DNA of 64,000 nucleotides, from the NCBI GenBank assembly GCA_963821525.1, contig CAWGED010000010.1:96001-160000 (forward strand), read 5' to 3'. This DNA comes from an uncultured Gemmatimonadales bacterium. Lineage in GTDB: Bacteria; Gemmatimonadota; Gemmatimonadetes; Gemmatimonadales; GWC2-71-9. The translations under genes were made by a program, and so were the position numbers. Below, piece by piece: positions 31,819-42,746 of this stretch (position 1 is the stretch's first letter; the number at the start of each line of letters is the position of its first letter). Under the pieces are notes generated by a model. The model did no database searches. It was given only the letters and a program-made list of their open reading frames with translations, and was not told the DNA's origin.

Positions 31819-32306
31819 CTACATCGCGCTGTGCGCGTGGGACGAGAAGAAGGAGTCCGCCGCCTCCTTCAGTTCTTCCGGGGCTCATGTCCTTGACGTG
31901 CTGGGCGAGCCACCACTTGTGGCCGAAGGGATCTTCGAAACAGCCGCCCCGGTCTCCCCAGAACTGGTCGGCCAGGGGCATGACTTCTTTTCCGCCGGCC
32001 TTGATCGCCCGCTTCCACGCCTCATCCACATTCTCCTGATAGATGAAGAAGCTGACGGGGGTGCCGCCATAGGACTTGGGACCCTTGCCACCCATCTCCG
32101 GCATCTCGTCGGCGAGCATGATGGGGGAATCGCCGATCCGGATTTCCGCGTGCATGATCTTTCCATCGGGACCTGGGAACCGCGATCACTTCTTCGGCAC
32201 CAAGCGCGGTCTGGTAGAACTCAATAGCCTTCGCCGCATCGGCGACGAAGATGCTCGGGGTGACAGTGTGATAGCCCTTGGGAATGGCTTGTGCTTTCTG
32301 TGGCAT
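31819..32306 (-). CDS. VOC/PhnB-like glyoxalase (two frameshifts)
   Basis: IPKGYHTVTP, MHAEIRIGDS, DQFWGDR, DPFGHKW. Confidence 0.88.
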
Positions 32307-32718
32307 GATCAATCTCCTGCTGATAAAAGGTGCATCGGCTCCTGCCGATAAATAGGGTGTCCCGCAATATTTGAAAGTCGCACCCGCACAGGCAACCCAT
32401 GAATTTGTCTCGAATCCAAGTCACTGAACGTCACAATTCGTCACTGCGTGATGTGACGCTGCCCACTGAGTTACCACTGCTTCAGTTGAGCGGATTCCAC
32501 CCCATCGGCCCCTTAAAAAGCCGAACAAGTTCTGTAACGAGCCCGTCACATAAGCTCCGGAGCGGACGATTCGGTAGCTGACGGCCGCAAGGCCCGGCGA
32601 TCTTGTCCTCCTCATGTGCCACTCGGCGTCGCACCCATGAAACGTAAGGGTCGGATTTCTTCGCAAGCGGAAGGGGCTGGCCTCGTGCTTCCTCCGAGAG
32701 GATTGCTACTATTGGAGC

Positions 32719-33190
32719 ATGGGGACAGCTCGATCATACGCCGCGCTGCTTGCGACTGGCGTGGTCATCGGGCTCGGAGCGAGTGGCACTGCTTGCAGCG
32801 AGTCCGAAGGTACGGCACCTACCGGTCCGGTGGCCGGGATCTATGCCGCGGACAAGATCGTCCGCCAGCAGGAGACGCTCGACGACGATCTCCAGGATCA
32901 GGGCGCCCGGTTCAACCTCACCCTCAACTCCGACAGTACCCTCACCGGCCGAGTCGAACTGCCGGCCAACATCCGTGTCACCGGCGAATCGGATGCGGTG
33001 AATCAGGATCTCACGGGGACCTGGTCGCTGCACACGCGACGAGGTCCGGCTCCATCTCGACGAGCCGGTACTCGGCAACCAGCCAGTCTTTCGAGTTGGG
33101 GACGAAGGACTGGCTGGGACGCTCATCGTGCCTGATCCGATCAACGGCGCCCTGTTCCTCAGCATCGGGCTGGTGAAAGTGGGGCCGTGA
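32719..33190 (+). CDS. hypothetical lipoprotein (frameshifted, end uncertain)
   Basis: GGAG RBS; hydrophobic leader ending TAC; LTGTW. Confidence 0.5.
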
Positions 33191-33399
33191 CACCCTTATG
33201 AATCTCATCCCAATTCAACAGCGACTTCCGTTCGCAATTGCCCTGGTCTTCTTTATTCTCTCCTATGTGCGTCCGGAACATCGCACCGTCTGGTTCAGCA
33301 TCGGGTGCGCTTTTCTCGTGATCGGCCTGATCAGGAGCAAGAGGGCGCGCGAGTAGAGACGAGCGGACGTCGTACCCGTAACTGATCAATCGGACTCCA

Positions 33400-33879
33400 A
33401 TGGCCAAGGTCGCTGCCGGCCTGCTCCTCTTCCGCCGAGGAACGCAGGACCCCGAGGTATTGCTGGTCCACATGGGCGGCCCTTTCTGGGCACGCAAGGA
33501 CCTGGGCGCCTGGTCCATCCCCAAGGGCGAGGTGGTTCCGGGAGAAGAGCTGCTTGCTGGAGCACGGCGGGAGTTCCGCGAAGAGACCGGCCTGGATCCA
33601 GTCGGAACGCCGTTCGCACTCGGTCAGGTGAAACAATCGGGAGGCAAGGTGGTTCACGCCTGGGCGCTCGAGGGCGACTTCGATCCGGCGTCGCTCACGA
33701 GCAACACCTACTCGGTCGAATTCCCCAAGGGCTCCGGTCAGTTTCGCGATTATCCCGAGGTGGATCGCGCGGAGTGGTTCACCTTTGCCGAGGCGCGGAG
33801 GCGGCTCATAACTGCCCAGACCCCGCTATTGGACGTGCTGGAGGCGGCGCCGCAATTTCGTGCGGCGGTAGACCGGTGA
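33400..33879 (+). CDS. NUDIX hydrolase
   Basis: WSIPKGE...ARREFREETG. Confidence 0.92.
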   Translation: MAKVAAGLLLFRRGTQDPEVLLVHMGGPFWARKDLGAWSIPKGEVVPGEELLAGARREFREETGLDPVGTPFALGQVKQSGGKVVHAWALEGDFDPASLTSNTYSVEFPKGSGQFRDYPEVDRAEWFTFAEARRRLITAQTPLLDVLEAAPQFRAAVDR

Positions 33880-33905
33880 CGACGGGAGGGCTGCGGTATG
33901 CCAGA

Positions 33906-34639
33906 TTACTTCGGTTTGGGCTGGCCCTTCTTGCCCAGGTAGATCCGGCCGGTGCCGGTGAGGGTGCGGCTGTGCACCGCGGTGCCTGAACCCGACTGGC
34001 TGATGTCGGTCAGTCCGTGGGTGTAGCGTGCGGCGATCGAGAGGAACTGAAGGCGATACTCGACGTCAAATGACACCCCGAAGTCGAGACCCGGGATCTG
34101 GTCCCCGATGTCCCGCTCCACGATGTAAGGCGTTCCCGCAGCAGTCTTCGATTCGTAACGGTCGTTGGCCCCCGTGATCAGCCCGAACGACGGCCCTGCC
34201 CCGATCCGAAATCCATCGTTCCGTTTGGGCGCCCATTTGAGCAGCACCGGAAACTCGATCAGGTGCATGCTCCGACTCATGGTGCCACCCTGAGTCTGGC
34301 TGTCGATCGCCGGGTCCCCGTGGGAACCGGATCGATGCCATCGGCTCCCCGTCCAGCGAACGGCAGAAATGCGCCGCCCAGATGGAAATGCTCCGAGAAC
34401 CGCCAGTCGGCAAAGAGACCGAAGACGGTCTTCGTCGTCCGCTCCGCCCCATCCAGCCCGTCCAGCGTCGCGAAATTGATCCCGACCTCGAACCCCATAT
34501 TGAAGGTCGGGGATGAAAGCTTCTCGCCCAGGAGATAGCCGATCAGCACCTGCGCGTGCAGCGCTTCGGTCGGGATGAGGAGGAGGGCGACGATAGCGAG
34601 GACTCGAAAATCGTCGACTGCCCGGCGAACGATGGCCAT
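33906..34639 (-). CDS. outer-membrane beta-barrel / porin-family protein (frameshifted ~34280-34310)
   Basis: Signal peptide ending HA-QV; GINFA, IEFPVLLK, GAGP, ARYTHGL. Confidence 0.7.
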
Positions 34640-34650
34640 GACTGTCCGGC

Positions 34651-35688
34651 TCAGAGGTCCAGCCGGTAGACGGCGTTCAAGAGCACCGAAGTCCGTCCAA
34701 TGAAGCCAACCTCGGCCCGGATGGTCCACCGCTTGTTCAGGTCTATGTTCCCTCCGACGAGCATGTTCCAGGGGTCGGCGGGATCCTTCTTGAGCTGGTA
34801 ATTAATCGTCGTATTGCCGGGATTGGAGCTGAGCAACGCATTCACGACCTGGTCCACGACGACTTTCTGGGCCGGCGTCAGGTTCATGTACCAGGGTTGA
34901 TTCTGCACGTTCTCAAGCGCGGTCCGAATCTTGTCCACCGTTGCCGGCGGGATTGCCTCGCTCAATAACAGAGCGCCATTGGTCTCGCTCTTGAACTTCT
35001 GATTCATGGTGCCGACCCAGAAGGACGCTCGCTTGGGCCCGCCCAATTTCAAGGTCCGGCCGAGGCGCGCCGAAAAGACCCGGCCGAAGACTGGCTCGTC
35101 AAGCTTCTCGAAGTGGCTCCAGCTCCAGTTGATGTCCGCCGCGACGAAATTTTTCTTGAGCCCAAACGCACCAGTCAACCCGAACCCTCCATAGTTACCG
35201 GGCTGATCCACTTCACTCGTGAAGGAAATCGGAGTGGACACCTCCACCTTGGTGTTGGCCTGGGCCCGCCCGCCGAAACCGTAGACATTGAGAAAGGGCA
35301 ACACCCACAGGTCGACCCGCAGGTTGGAGGAGTAGACGGTAGATGTATTAGTACCGAAACCGATGAAATCGATCGGTGCGATCGGGTTGGATCCCGTACT
35401 CAGGCCCAGGTCCGTGATCTCGATGCCCTGGTTCATGTAGAGCCCGATCACGTTGAGACCCAGCGGCTTGGGAAGGTCAAAACCGCGCTCGACCGCCTTG
35501 CGGCCCCAGAGGGGGAAAATGTTGTGGTAATCCTTAAGGACGCTGTCCCGCTCTTCCTGGGTGAGCGCCAAATCGGGATTCTGCGCCGCCGCATTCCGAG
35601 GGGTAGCGATAGCAAAGACCGGCAGCAGCGCCGACAGACTCAAGGCGCGCAGCGTGCGACGACGATCTCTGGAAATACGGGTCGGCAT
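34651..35688 (-). CDS. putative outer-membrane beta-barrel protein
   Basis: Signal peptide; DLWVLPFLNVYG; alternating beta pattern; ends AVYRLDL. Confidence 0.7.
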   Translation of the reverse strand: MPTRISRDRRRTLRALSLSALLPVFAIATPRNAAAQNPDLALTQEERDSVLKDYHNIFPLWGRKAVERGFDLPKPLGLNVIGLYMNQGIEITDLGLSTGSNPIAPIDFIGFGTNTSTVYSSNLRVDLWVLPFLNVYGFGGRAQANTKVEVSTPISFTSEVDQPGNYGGFGLTGAFGLKKNFVAADINWSWSHFEKLDEPVFGRVFSARLGRTLKLGGPKRASFWVGTMNQKFKSETNGALLLSEAIPPATVDKIRTALENVQNQPWYMNLTPAQKVVVDQVVNALLSSNPGNTTINYQLKKDPADPWNMLVGGNIDLNKRWTIRAEVGFIGRTSVLLNAVYRLDL

Positions 35689-35916
35689 CCGACCTCACAG
35701 TCGGCTGGGAGTTCGCAAGATATTTGCTTGCTTAGCTTGGTACTACCAATGAAGGCCGATTTGGTTCGGTCGCTCGTACCTTTCAGACTGATATGAAGCC
35801 GGTATTGGCACAGGACATAGGGTCGGGATCACAAAATACTTCAAACTTTTGGGCTGGTTAGCCCATCTCAGACCTCCGTCTCGGGGGAGTACACTGCAGC
35901 TGTCGGTGTTGACACA

Positions 35917-36250
35917 ATGACCTGGATCTTCCGGCAGCTTTTCGCCATCGCCGTCCTGCCATTCACCGTGGCGGTCATCATCCCGGTATGGCTCGCACGT
36001 CGAAACGCAATCGGCCCGGCACCGGGCCATACGTTGACCCAGGTCGCCTTACAGGCCTGCGGCGTCGCGATTCTAGGGCTCGGACTATTGCTGTTCTCCG
36101 CCAGTCTCAGGCGTTTCATAACGGAGGGTCGCGGCATGCCATGTGGGCGTTGATTTTCTTCGTGATCAACGCGATCTACATACCCCTGATTGAAGAGCCA
36201 CGGCTGGCCGAGCGGCCCGGCTGGCCATCGTGGCGATCTCGTCCTTAAGG
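35917..36250 (+). pseudogene. isoprenylcysteine methyltransferase (PEMT-like) remnant with internal deletion
   Basis: N-terminus to FITEGRG joined out of frame to IYIPLIEEPRL; central GPY..RNP core absent. Confidence 0.65.
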
Positions 36251-36258
36251 AGAATTCG

Positions 36259-36807
36259 ATGAAGCCAGTGCTTTGGGTGTTTGCTGGATTGAGCGCGCTG
36301 ACGGTCGCGGCGTGCCAGCCTCGGGTAAGCCGCGAGGCGGAGACGATGGCTCTCCTCGAACGCGATCGGGCCTGGGCCCGGGCCGCGGCGACAGGGAATG
36401 TGGACAGCATCGTCTCGTTCTGGACCGAGGATGCCCGTGTCCTCCTTCCTGACCAGCCGGCCTATGTCGGGACCGAGGCGATTCGAAAGATGGTCACCGC
36501 CAGTCTCGCCATTCCGGGATTTCAGATTTCCTGGACCCCGGAGAACGCGATCGTCTCGGCGAGTGGAGACCTGGCCTACACCTACGGGACTAATAGCGTC
36601 ACGGTACCCGACTCGGCTGGACACCCTGTCACGACCGAAGGGCGATACGTCGAGGTCTGGCGCAAAGGAAAGGACGGCGAGTGGCGGTGCAGTATCGATA
36701 TCAACAACACTGGGCCGGCGGTCAAACAGAACCTCTTGAGCAGCCGGACTCCTCCAATTCTTGTCCCGACTAGTCATGGTGGCCCATCCCTGATTCGCCT
36801 TGGCTGA
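36259..36807 (+). CDS. SnoaL/DUF4440 lipoprotein
   Basis: AAGGAG RBS, VAAC lipobox, SGDLAYTYG, GRYVEVWRK..DGEW. Confidence 0.85.
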   Translation: MKPVLWVFAGLSALTVAACQPRVSREAETMALLERDRAWARAAATGNVDSIVSFWTEDARVLLPDQPAYVGTEAIRKMVTASLAIPGFQISWTPENAIVSASGDLAYTYGTNSVTVPDSAGHPVTTEGRYVEVWRKGKDGEWRCSIDINNTGPAVKQNLLSSRTPPILVPTSHGGPSLIRLG

Positions 36808-37520
36808 TCGGAGCTGCAGCGATCTTGGCTGGTGCCATCGCGGCGGTCTCCGGCTTCGGCATCGGCAGCCTGCTCACGCCTCTCCTCGTGTTGGCGATGC
36901 CGACCGGGGAGGCCGTTGCAGTAGTTGCCATCCCTCACTTCATCGCAACCGGGCTCCGGCTCGCGGGACTCCGGAGGGACATCCATTGGCCAACCTTTCG
37001 GCAGTTCGGGATCGCCAGCGCGGCGGGCGGGCTGATCGGGGCCGCGCTGCAAGCCCGCCTCCGCAGTCCGGAGTTGTCCATGGTCCTGGGGGTTCTCCTG
37101 ATCATGGCTGGCGGGTCCGAACTGGCGCAACGCCGTCTCCCTCTTCCCACCACGCGGTTCTGGCGATTGCTCGGCGGAACGCTCTCGGGACTCTTCGGCG
37201 GAATGGTGGGAAATCAGGGCGGCATCCGCGCCGCCGCACTGCTCGGCTTCAATCTTTCGGCTCGTGAACTGGTTGCCACGTCGACGGCGTCCGCGATTCT
37301 GGTGGACGCCGCTCGACTGCCGATCTACCTGCTTACCGCAGGGTCGGCGATCGTCGCTGCCAAGGGGACCGTCGTGATCGCCACCATTGGCGTAGTCATT
37401 GGCACCCTGGTGGGCGTCCCCGCCCTTGGGCGAGTCCCGGCTTCGGCGTACCGGCGGGTGCTGGGAAGTTTGCTCATACTCTTGGGCTTGTGGTTATTGG
37501 CTGCTGCGGTGCGCCGATAG
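36776..37520 (+). CDS. TSUP (TauE/SafE) transporter
   Basis: SGFGIGSLLTP, GGMVGNQGG; ATG 36776 needs one indel, in-frame TTG at 36825. Confidence 0.88.
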
Positions 37521-37589
37521 CGCTTCCTTCGGCCGTGGCGGTGACGCTTCGGCCCCCACAACTTGGTGGAATCAACCGAGGAGGGCCTG

Positions 37590-37772
37590 ATGCCCTTCAA
37601 GAGCAAAGCACAACGCCGAAAGTTTGCTGAACTTCTTGTCAAAGGTGAGATCTCACCCGAGACCTTCGAGGAATGGAACCGGGCAACGGGAAAGGCGAAG
37701 CTGCCGGAGCGGGTCCACGCGAAGCCGCGACCGAAGGCAAAACCCAAGCGCAAGACCAAACGCGCCAAATGA
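37590..37772 (+). CDS. small basic protein, MPFKSKAQRR type
   Basis: GAGGAGG RBS; LPERV motif, K/R-rich tail; ATGA overlap with next gene. Confidence 0.75.
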   Translation: MPFKSKAQRRKFAELLVKGEISPETFEEWNRATGKAKLPERVHAKPRPKAKPKRKTKRAK

Positions 37773-38785
37773 CTACCCTCCTGTTGTCACATCGCGAGGT
37801 GCACGCCTATCTCCCGATGGCCGAGTGCATCGAGGCGATGGAGGGCGCCTTCCGGTCGCTCACCGCCGGCAGGAGCCTGGTGCCGCTCCGCACCGTCATC
37901 CGGCTCCCGGACAGCCCGAACGCCTTTGCCGCGATGCCTGCGGTCGTGGGATCCGGCACCAACGCTCAGATCGCGGCCAAGATCATCACGGTCTTTCCCG
38001 GCAACGACGCGACGCCGTTCGATTCCCATATCGGCGTTGTCCTCCTCTTCGGCGCCGACCACGGCGAGCTGCTCGCGATCGCGGACGCGTCATCGATCAC
38101 CGCAATCCGGACCGCTGCGGTGTCGGGCCTCGCAACCCGGCTGCTGGCCCGCCCCGACTCCCAGCGCCTGGCGCTGCTCGGCGCCGGGACCTTGGCGATC
38201 CCCCACTTCGAGGCAGTGTGCGCGGTACGGCCGATCAAGGAGGTCAGAGTCTGGAGCCGGTCCCCCGCGAGGGCGCAGGAGTTCGCTCAGCGGGCGCAAG
38301 AGAAACGCGGGGTGAAGGTGACCGTTGCCCAATCCGCGCAGCAGGCGGTTGCCTCGGCCGACGTCGTATGTACCATCACCGCGTCGCGCACTCCTGTTCT
38401 CGAGGGAAGCTGGCTCGCGCCCGGCACCCACGTGAACGCAGTGGGCTCGTCACTGGCCAGCGCGCGAGAGCTCGATACCGAGGCGGTGCGCCGAGCCCGG
38501 CTGTTCGTTGATCTCCGGGAATCGGCGATGAACGAGGCGGGTGACTTCCTGATCCCAAGGAACGAGGGCGCCATTACCGACGATCACATCCTGGGTGAGC
38601 TGGGTGACCTGCTCGCCGGCCTGGTGGTGGGTCGTCAGAACGCTGGCGAGATCACCCTGTTCAAGTCCCTCGGGTTGGCAGTGGAAGACGTCGCGGCGAT
38701 CCGCCATGTCTACGAGAAAGCATTAGCCGCTGGTGCCGGCACTCGTGTTACGATCGGTGGCCTCCGTTCCCCCGACACGCTCTGA
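37769..38785 (+). CDS. ornithine cyclodeaminase / mu-crystallin family
   Basis: ITAIRTAAVS, GAG, GTHVNAVG, TLFKSLGLAVED. Confidence 0.92.
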   Translation: MTTLLLSHREVHAYLPMAECIEAMEGAFRSLTAGRSLVPLRTVIRLPDSPNAFAAMPAVVGSGTNAQIAAKIITVFPGNDATPFDSHIGVVLLFGADHGELLAIADASSITAIRTAAVSGLATRLLARPDSQRLALLGAGTLAIPHFEAVCAVRPIKEVRVWSRSPARAQEFAQRAQEKRGVKVTVAQSAQQAVASADVVCTITASRTPVLEGSWLAPGTHVNAVGSSLASARELDTEAVRRARLFVDLRESAMNEAGDFLIPRNEGAITDDHILGELGDLLAGLVVGRQNAGEITLFKSLGLAVEDVAAIRHVYEKALAAGAGTRVTIGGLRSPDTL

Positions 38786-38900
38786 GATCCGTGCGCTGAA
38801 CCCTCAGACCCCTGCAGTCCACTCCCCGCCTTGTGTGGGTGTTGTCCCCAGGTGCACCTTATCGGCCTCCTCTCGCCAGCTCCATGTCATCGAGGTGGTC

Positions 38901-39331
38901 ATGCCGCTCCGCCTCATCTTCGGGCTGCGTATCGGGCCCGCCTCGGGCCTGTTTCCGCATGGCCTTCCGCCCGGCAGAGCTTCGCATGGGAGGAAGGCTA
39001 CGCGGCTCTCGAGCGATCTATCGAAGCCACGATTGTCTATCTGACGGCGATGGACCGCGAGAGACTCATCGCGGTTCGCAGCGGTAACACCTCGCCACCC
39101 TCCAGCATTCTTCCTTATCTGGAGGACCGCCTGGGCGTCTGCGATGTCTACGGCAAGGAGCTACCCGATGGGACTCACGACCTCGTGATTCGGGCCAGCT
39201 TCCGGTTTCCCTACTGGCCGCTGGGCGAGTGGGTCGTATTTGACGGGGTGCAGTCTGGCTCCGGACAACAGCTGGCGGCGGTACACCGAGGAGGAGGTCT
39301 CGGAGGCCTGGTGACTATGCCCGTCTTCTGA
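38901..39331 (+). CDS. hypothetical protein (probably frameshifted)
   Basis: GAGG RBS before ATG 38901; coding-like continuation in another frame. Confidence 0.4.
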
Positions 39332-39357
39332 GCACCAACCGACGCGTCGCTGGGATT

Positions 39358-39433
39358 GAAAACGCGAGCACGCCCCCCACCCCAAGGGGGGAAGATCGTA
39401 AAGCCGTATCAAGGGGAATAACCCACGAAACGC
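39358..39433. repeat. dispersed ~75-bp intergenic element, copy 2
   Basis: Matches 30142-30217 at both ends; middle diverged. Confidence 0.7.
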
Positions 39434-39549
39434 TGAACGACGCAGAAAACAACACCCCACGCTCCGATCAGGGTCGCCCGCCCTATTTCTGCATCACGTT
39501 CTCCTGTATCATGTCGGGTAGGCTACCCCGCTTGTGAGGCGCGACCGTC

Positions 39550-40092
39550 ATGCAATTCCATCTCGCACAGGCCACCTCGATTCTCGCCCGCACGCCGAAG
39601 ACTCTCGATGCGATCCTGGGCGACCTCCCTGACGAATGGAGCCGCGCCGTCGAAGGACCCGACACCTTCAGCCCGTTCGATGTCGTCGGTCATCTGATTG
39701 ATGGTGAGGAGACCGATTGGATACCCCGGGCCCGGATCATTCTCGCCCAGGGTCCCGAACCACGCTTCGAGCCCTACGACCGCTTCCGCCATCAGGCCCG
39801 CAACGTCGGCCGCACTCTCGAAAGTCTCCTGGCCGAGTTTGCCAAACTCCGCGCTGCCAATCTCGATCTGCTCTCTAGCTGGAAGTTGACCCCGGCAAGC
39901 CTGGACCTTCCCGGACTCCACCCGAGCCTGGGCCGGGTCACCCTCCGCCAGCTGCTGGCGAGCTGGGTAGTCCATGACCTCGGCCATCTGGCCCAGATCG
40001 AACGGGTGATGGCGAAACAGTATCGTGAGGAGGTCGGACCCTGGGTGCCGTTCATGCCGATCCTGACGGACCACGAGAGACCGAGGTCGTAG
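39550..40092 (+). CDS. DinB family protein
   Basis: FSPFDVVGHL, WVVHDLGHLAQI. Confidence 0.9.
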   Translation: MQFHLAQATSILARTPKTLDAILGDLPDEWSRAVEGPDTFSPFDVVGHLIDGEETDWIPRARIILAQGPEPRFEPYDRFRHQARNVGRTLESLLAEFAKLRAANLDLLSSWKLTPASLDLPGLHPSLGRVTLRQLLASWVVHDLGHLAQIERVMAKQYREEVGPWVPFMPILTDHERPRS

Positions 40093-40162
40093 CTCCGGCG
40101 TCGGGCGAACACCCATTGACCACTGAGACAGGAACGAAGCGAACTCGCGCGGGAGGTGAAAG

Positions 40163-41858
40163 GTGTCCAATGTCGTAGGCGTCCGCCGCATTCCAGTTCT
40201 CGAGTGGCTTCCGGCATACCAGAAGGAATGGCTGCGATTCGATTTGATCGCTGGCCTGATCACCGCCGCCGTCGTCATTCCGAAGGCGATGGCCTACGCG
40301 ACGATCGCGGGCTTGCCGGTGCAGGTGGGACTCTACACCGCGCTCGTGCCGATGGTGATCTACGCTGTGCTGGGAACCTCTCGCGTCCTCAGCGTCAGCA
40401 CGACGACGACCATAGCCATCCTGACGGGAGCCCAACTCGCCCTGATCGCCCCGGGCGGCGATCCCGCGACGTTGATCAGAATCACGGCGACCCTGACCCT
40501 TCTCGTGGGAGCCATCCTTCTCGTGGCTTCGGTGCTTCGGCTGGGGTTCGTCGCGAACTTCATCTCGGAACCGGTGCTGGTCGGCTTCAAGGCGGGGATC
40601 GGGCTGGTCATCGTGGTGGACCAGATCCCGAAACTCCTCGGCATCCACTTCGCGAAGGGCAGCTTTCTCCACAACCTGCTCGCCATCGCGCAGGCGGTCC
40701 CGGAAATCCAAATCCCGACACTCATCATCGGGGTCGCAACGATCGTCCTTCTGGTCGCGCTGGAACGCTTTGTCCCTAAAGTGCCAGCACCGCTGGTCGT
40801 GATGGCGTTGGGAATCGCAGCGATGAGTTTGTTCGGGTTGGAGGCACGAGGAGTAGAGTCGGTGGGCCTCATTCCACGGGGGCTTCCGTCGCTCATCAAG
40901 CCGGACCTTTCGCTGCTTGCCCAGTTGTGGCCTGGAGCTGCAGGCATCGCGCTCATGAGTTTCACCGAAACCATCGCGGCCGCGCGTGCCTTCTCCGCCC
41001 CCGGCGAACCCCTTCTCCGAGCGAACCAGGAATTGCTGGCCACGGGACTCTCTAATGCCGGCAGCGCCGTGTTCGGCGCCATGCCCTCGGGTGGTGGCAC
41101 CTCGCAGACCGCGGTGAACCGGCTGGCCGGCGGCCGCACCCAAGTCTCAGCGCTGGTCACCGCGGCGGCCTCGCTCCTCACGATGCTGCTGCTCGCCCCG
41201 CTCATCGGACTGCTGCCGCAGGCCACTCTCGCGGCCGTTGTCATTTTCTATTCGATCGGGTTGATCGACCCGGCTGCATTCCGCGAGATCCGCGAGGTCC
41301 GGCGCACCGAGTTCCGCTGGGCCCTGGCCGCCATGGTTGGTGTGGTAGTGCTGGGAACGCTGAAGGGGATCCTCGTTGCAATTGTCGTGTCGCTGGTGGC
41401 CCTGGCATATCAGGTGGCGGATCCGCCGGTCCGCATACTGGGGCGGAAGCGGGGCACCAATGTCTTCCGGCCCCTGTCGTCTGAAAACCCGGACGATGAA
41501 ACCTTTCCCGGTCTCCTTATGCTCCGACCGGAGGGTCGGGTCTTCTTCGCCAACGCCGAGCGCATTGGAGCCAAGCTGCGGCCATTCATGGACGAGGCGA
41601 AGCCCCGGGTGGTGGCGCTTGATCTAAGCGGCGTTCCGGATCTCGAGTACACCGCCCTCAAGATGCTGACCGAAGCCGAGAAACGAGAGCGCGCCCGCGG
41701 CGTTTCGGTGTGGCTGATCGGGCTCAACCCCGAAGTCCTCGCGATGGTCCAGCGGTCTTCGCTCGGCAAGGTACTGGGAACGCGAGCGAATGCACTTCAG
41801 TCTCGAGGTGGCGGTCGCCAAGTTCCTGGAGGCTTCAGGGAGGGAGGCGCCGGGGTGA
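40163..41858 (+). CDS. SulP anion transporter with STAS (frameshift ~41779)
   Basis: DLIAGLI, PKAMAYA, GLY, NQEL, STAS; natural end RERMHFSLEVAV...APG* lies in another frame. Confidence 0.92.
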
Positions 41859-42223
41859 CACAAGATTCGGGCATCACCGCCGTCGCTCACGTGATCCAGT
41901 TGTCGGTGGCACCGGTATTTCTCCTCTCGGGCATCGGCGCGATGCTCGCCGTCATGACCAACCGGTTGGCGCGAGTCATCGACCGGGCCAGGGCCCTCGA
42001 GGCGAAGGCGACCGCCGATCCCGCCGGGCCCCCACTCCTCGTTTGCGGAGTAATCGCGACTCTGTTCCTCGGCGCCTTCTTCGGCTTTGATGCGTCAGGC
42101 CCGGCGGCGCTGCTCTTTGTCACCGCGATGCTTGCATTCATGGCCGGTCTGCTGCTCTTTGTAAGAGAGGTGCTGCGCGCGACGGCCAATCTCCGAATTG
42201 GGCGGCATCCGACTCGCGAGTAG
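41855..42223 (+). CDS. DUF2721 family membrane protein (possibly internally shortened)
   Basis: IQLSVAPVFLLSGIG, TNRLARVIDRAR, FVREV; GTGA overlap with SulP. Confidence 0.8.
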   Translation: MTQDSGITAVAHVIQLSVAPVFLLSGIGAMLAVMTNRLARVIDRARALEAKATADPAGPPLLVCGVIATLFLGAFFGFDASGPAALLFVTAMLAFMAGLLLFVREVLRATANLRIGRHPTRE

Positions 42224-42230
42224 AGGAATC

Positions 42231-42734
42231 GTGCCAGTCCAACTAACCCCCGACATGAGAGCCGTGATCCAGGCGGCTCACCTCTGTTTCGCGGCAACGG
42301 TCACCGCCGATGGCCGTCCCAATCTGTCCCCGAAGGGGACGATCCGGGTCTGGGATGATACCAGCCTGTTCTTCCTCGACATCGCCTCGCCCGGAACCCG
42401 GGCGAATCTGGCGGCACGGCCCTGGATGGAGTTGAATGTCGTGGATCAGCTTTCCCGTCGCGGGTATCGCTTCGCCGGGCCGGCAGCCCTGCATTCCCAG
42501 GGCGCCGTCTTCGATGAAGGGTGCCGGCGGATTTTTGGTGAGGAGGGGGCGACGTATCCGGTCGCCGGGGTCGTAGTGCTCCAGGTCGAGACCGCAGCAC
42601 CTCTGATCTCTCCCGGGTACATCCATGTAGCTGACGAGCCGGCGATGCGGGCGATGTGGCGAGATCGTCGGGCAGCCCTGGACCGGGAGTTCGAAGCCTT
42701 CATCGAGCGCCAAGGTCCCTTCCCCAGGCCCTAG
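42231..42734 (+). CDS. pyridoxamine 5'-phosphate oxidase-like FMN-binding protein
   Basis: ATVTADGRPNLSPKG, TRANL. Confidence 0.85.
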   Translation: MPVQLTPDMRAVIQAAHLCFAATVTADGRPNLSPKGTIRVWDDTSLFFLDIASPGTRANLAARPWMELNVVDQLSRRGYRFAGPAALHSQGAVFDEGCRRIFGEEGATYPVAGVVVLQVETAAPLISPGYIHVADEPAMRAMWRDRRAALDREFEAFIERQGPFPRP

Positions 42735-42746
42735 TTCCGCTACAGC

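Noticed and set aside
40163..42223. SulP-DUF2721 fusion (686 aa)
   Set aside because: An indel near 41779 explains it; the natural SulP end with a GTGA overlap is present in another frame.
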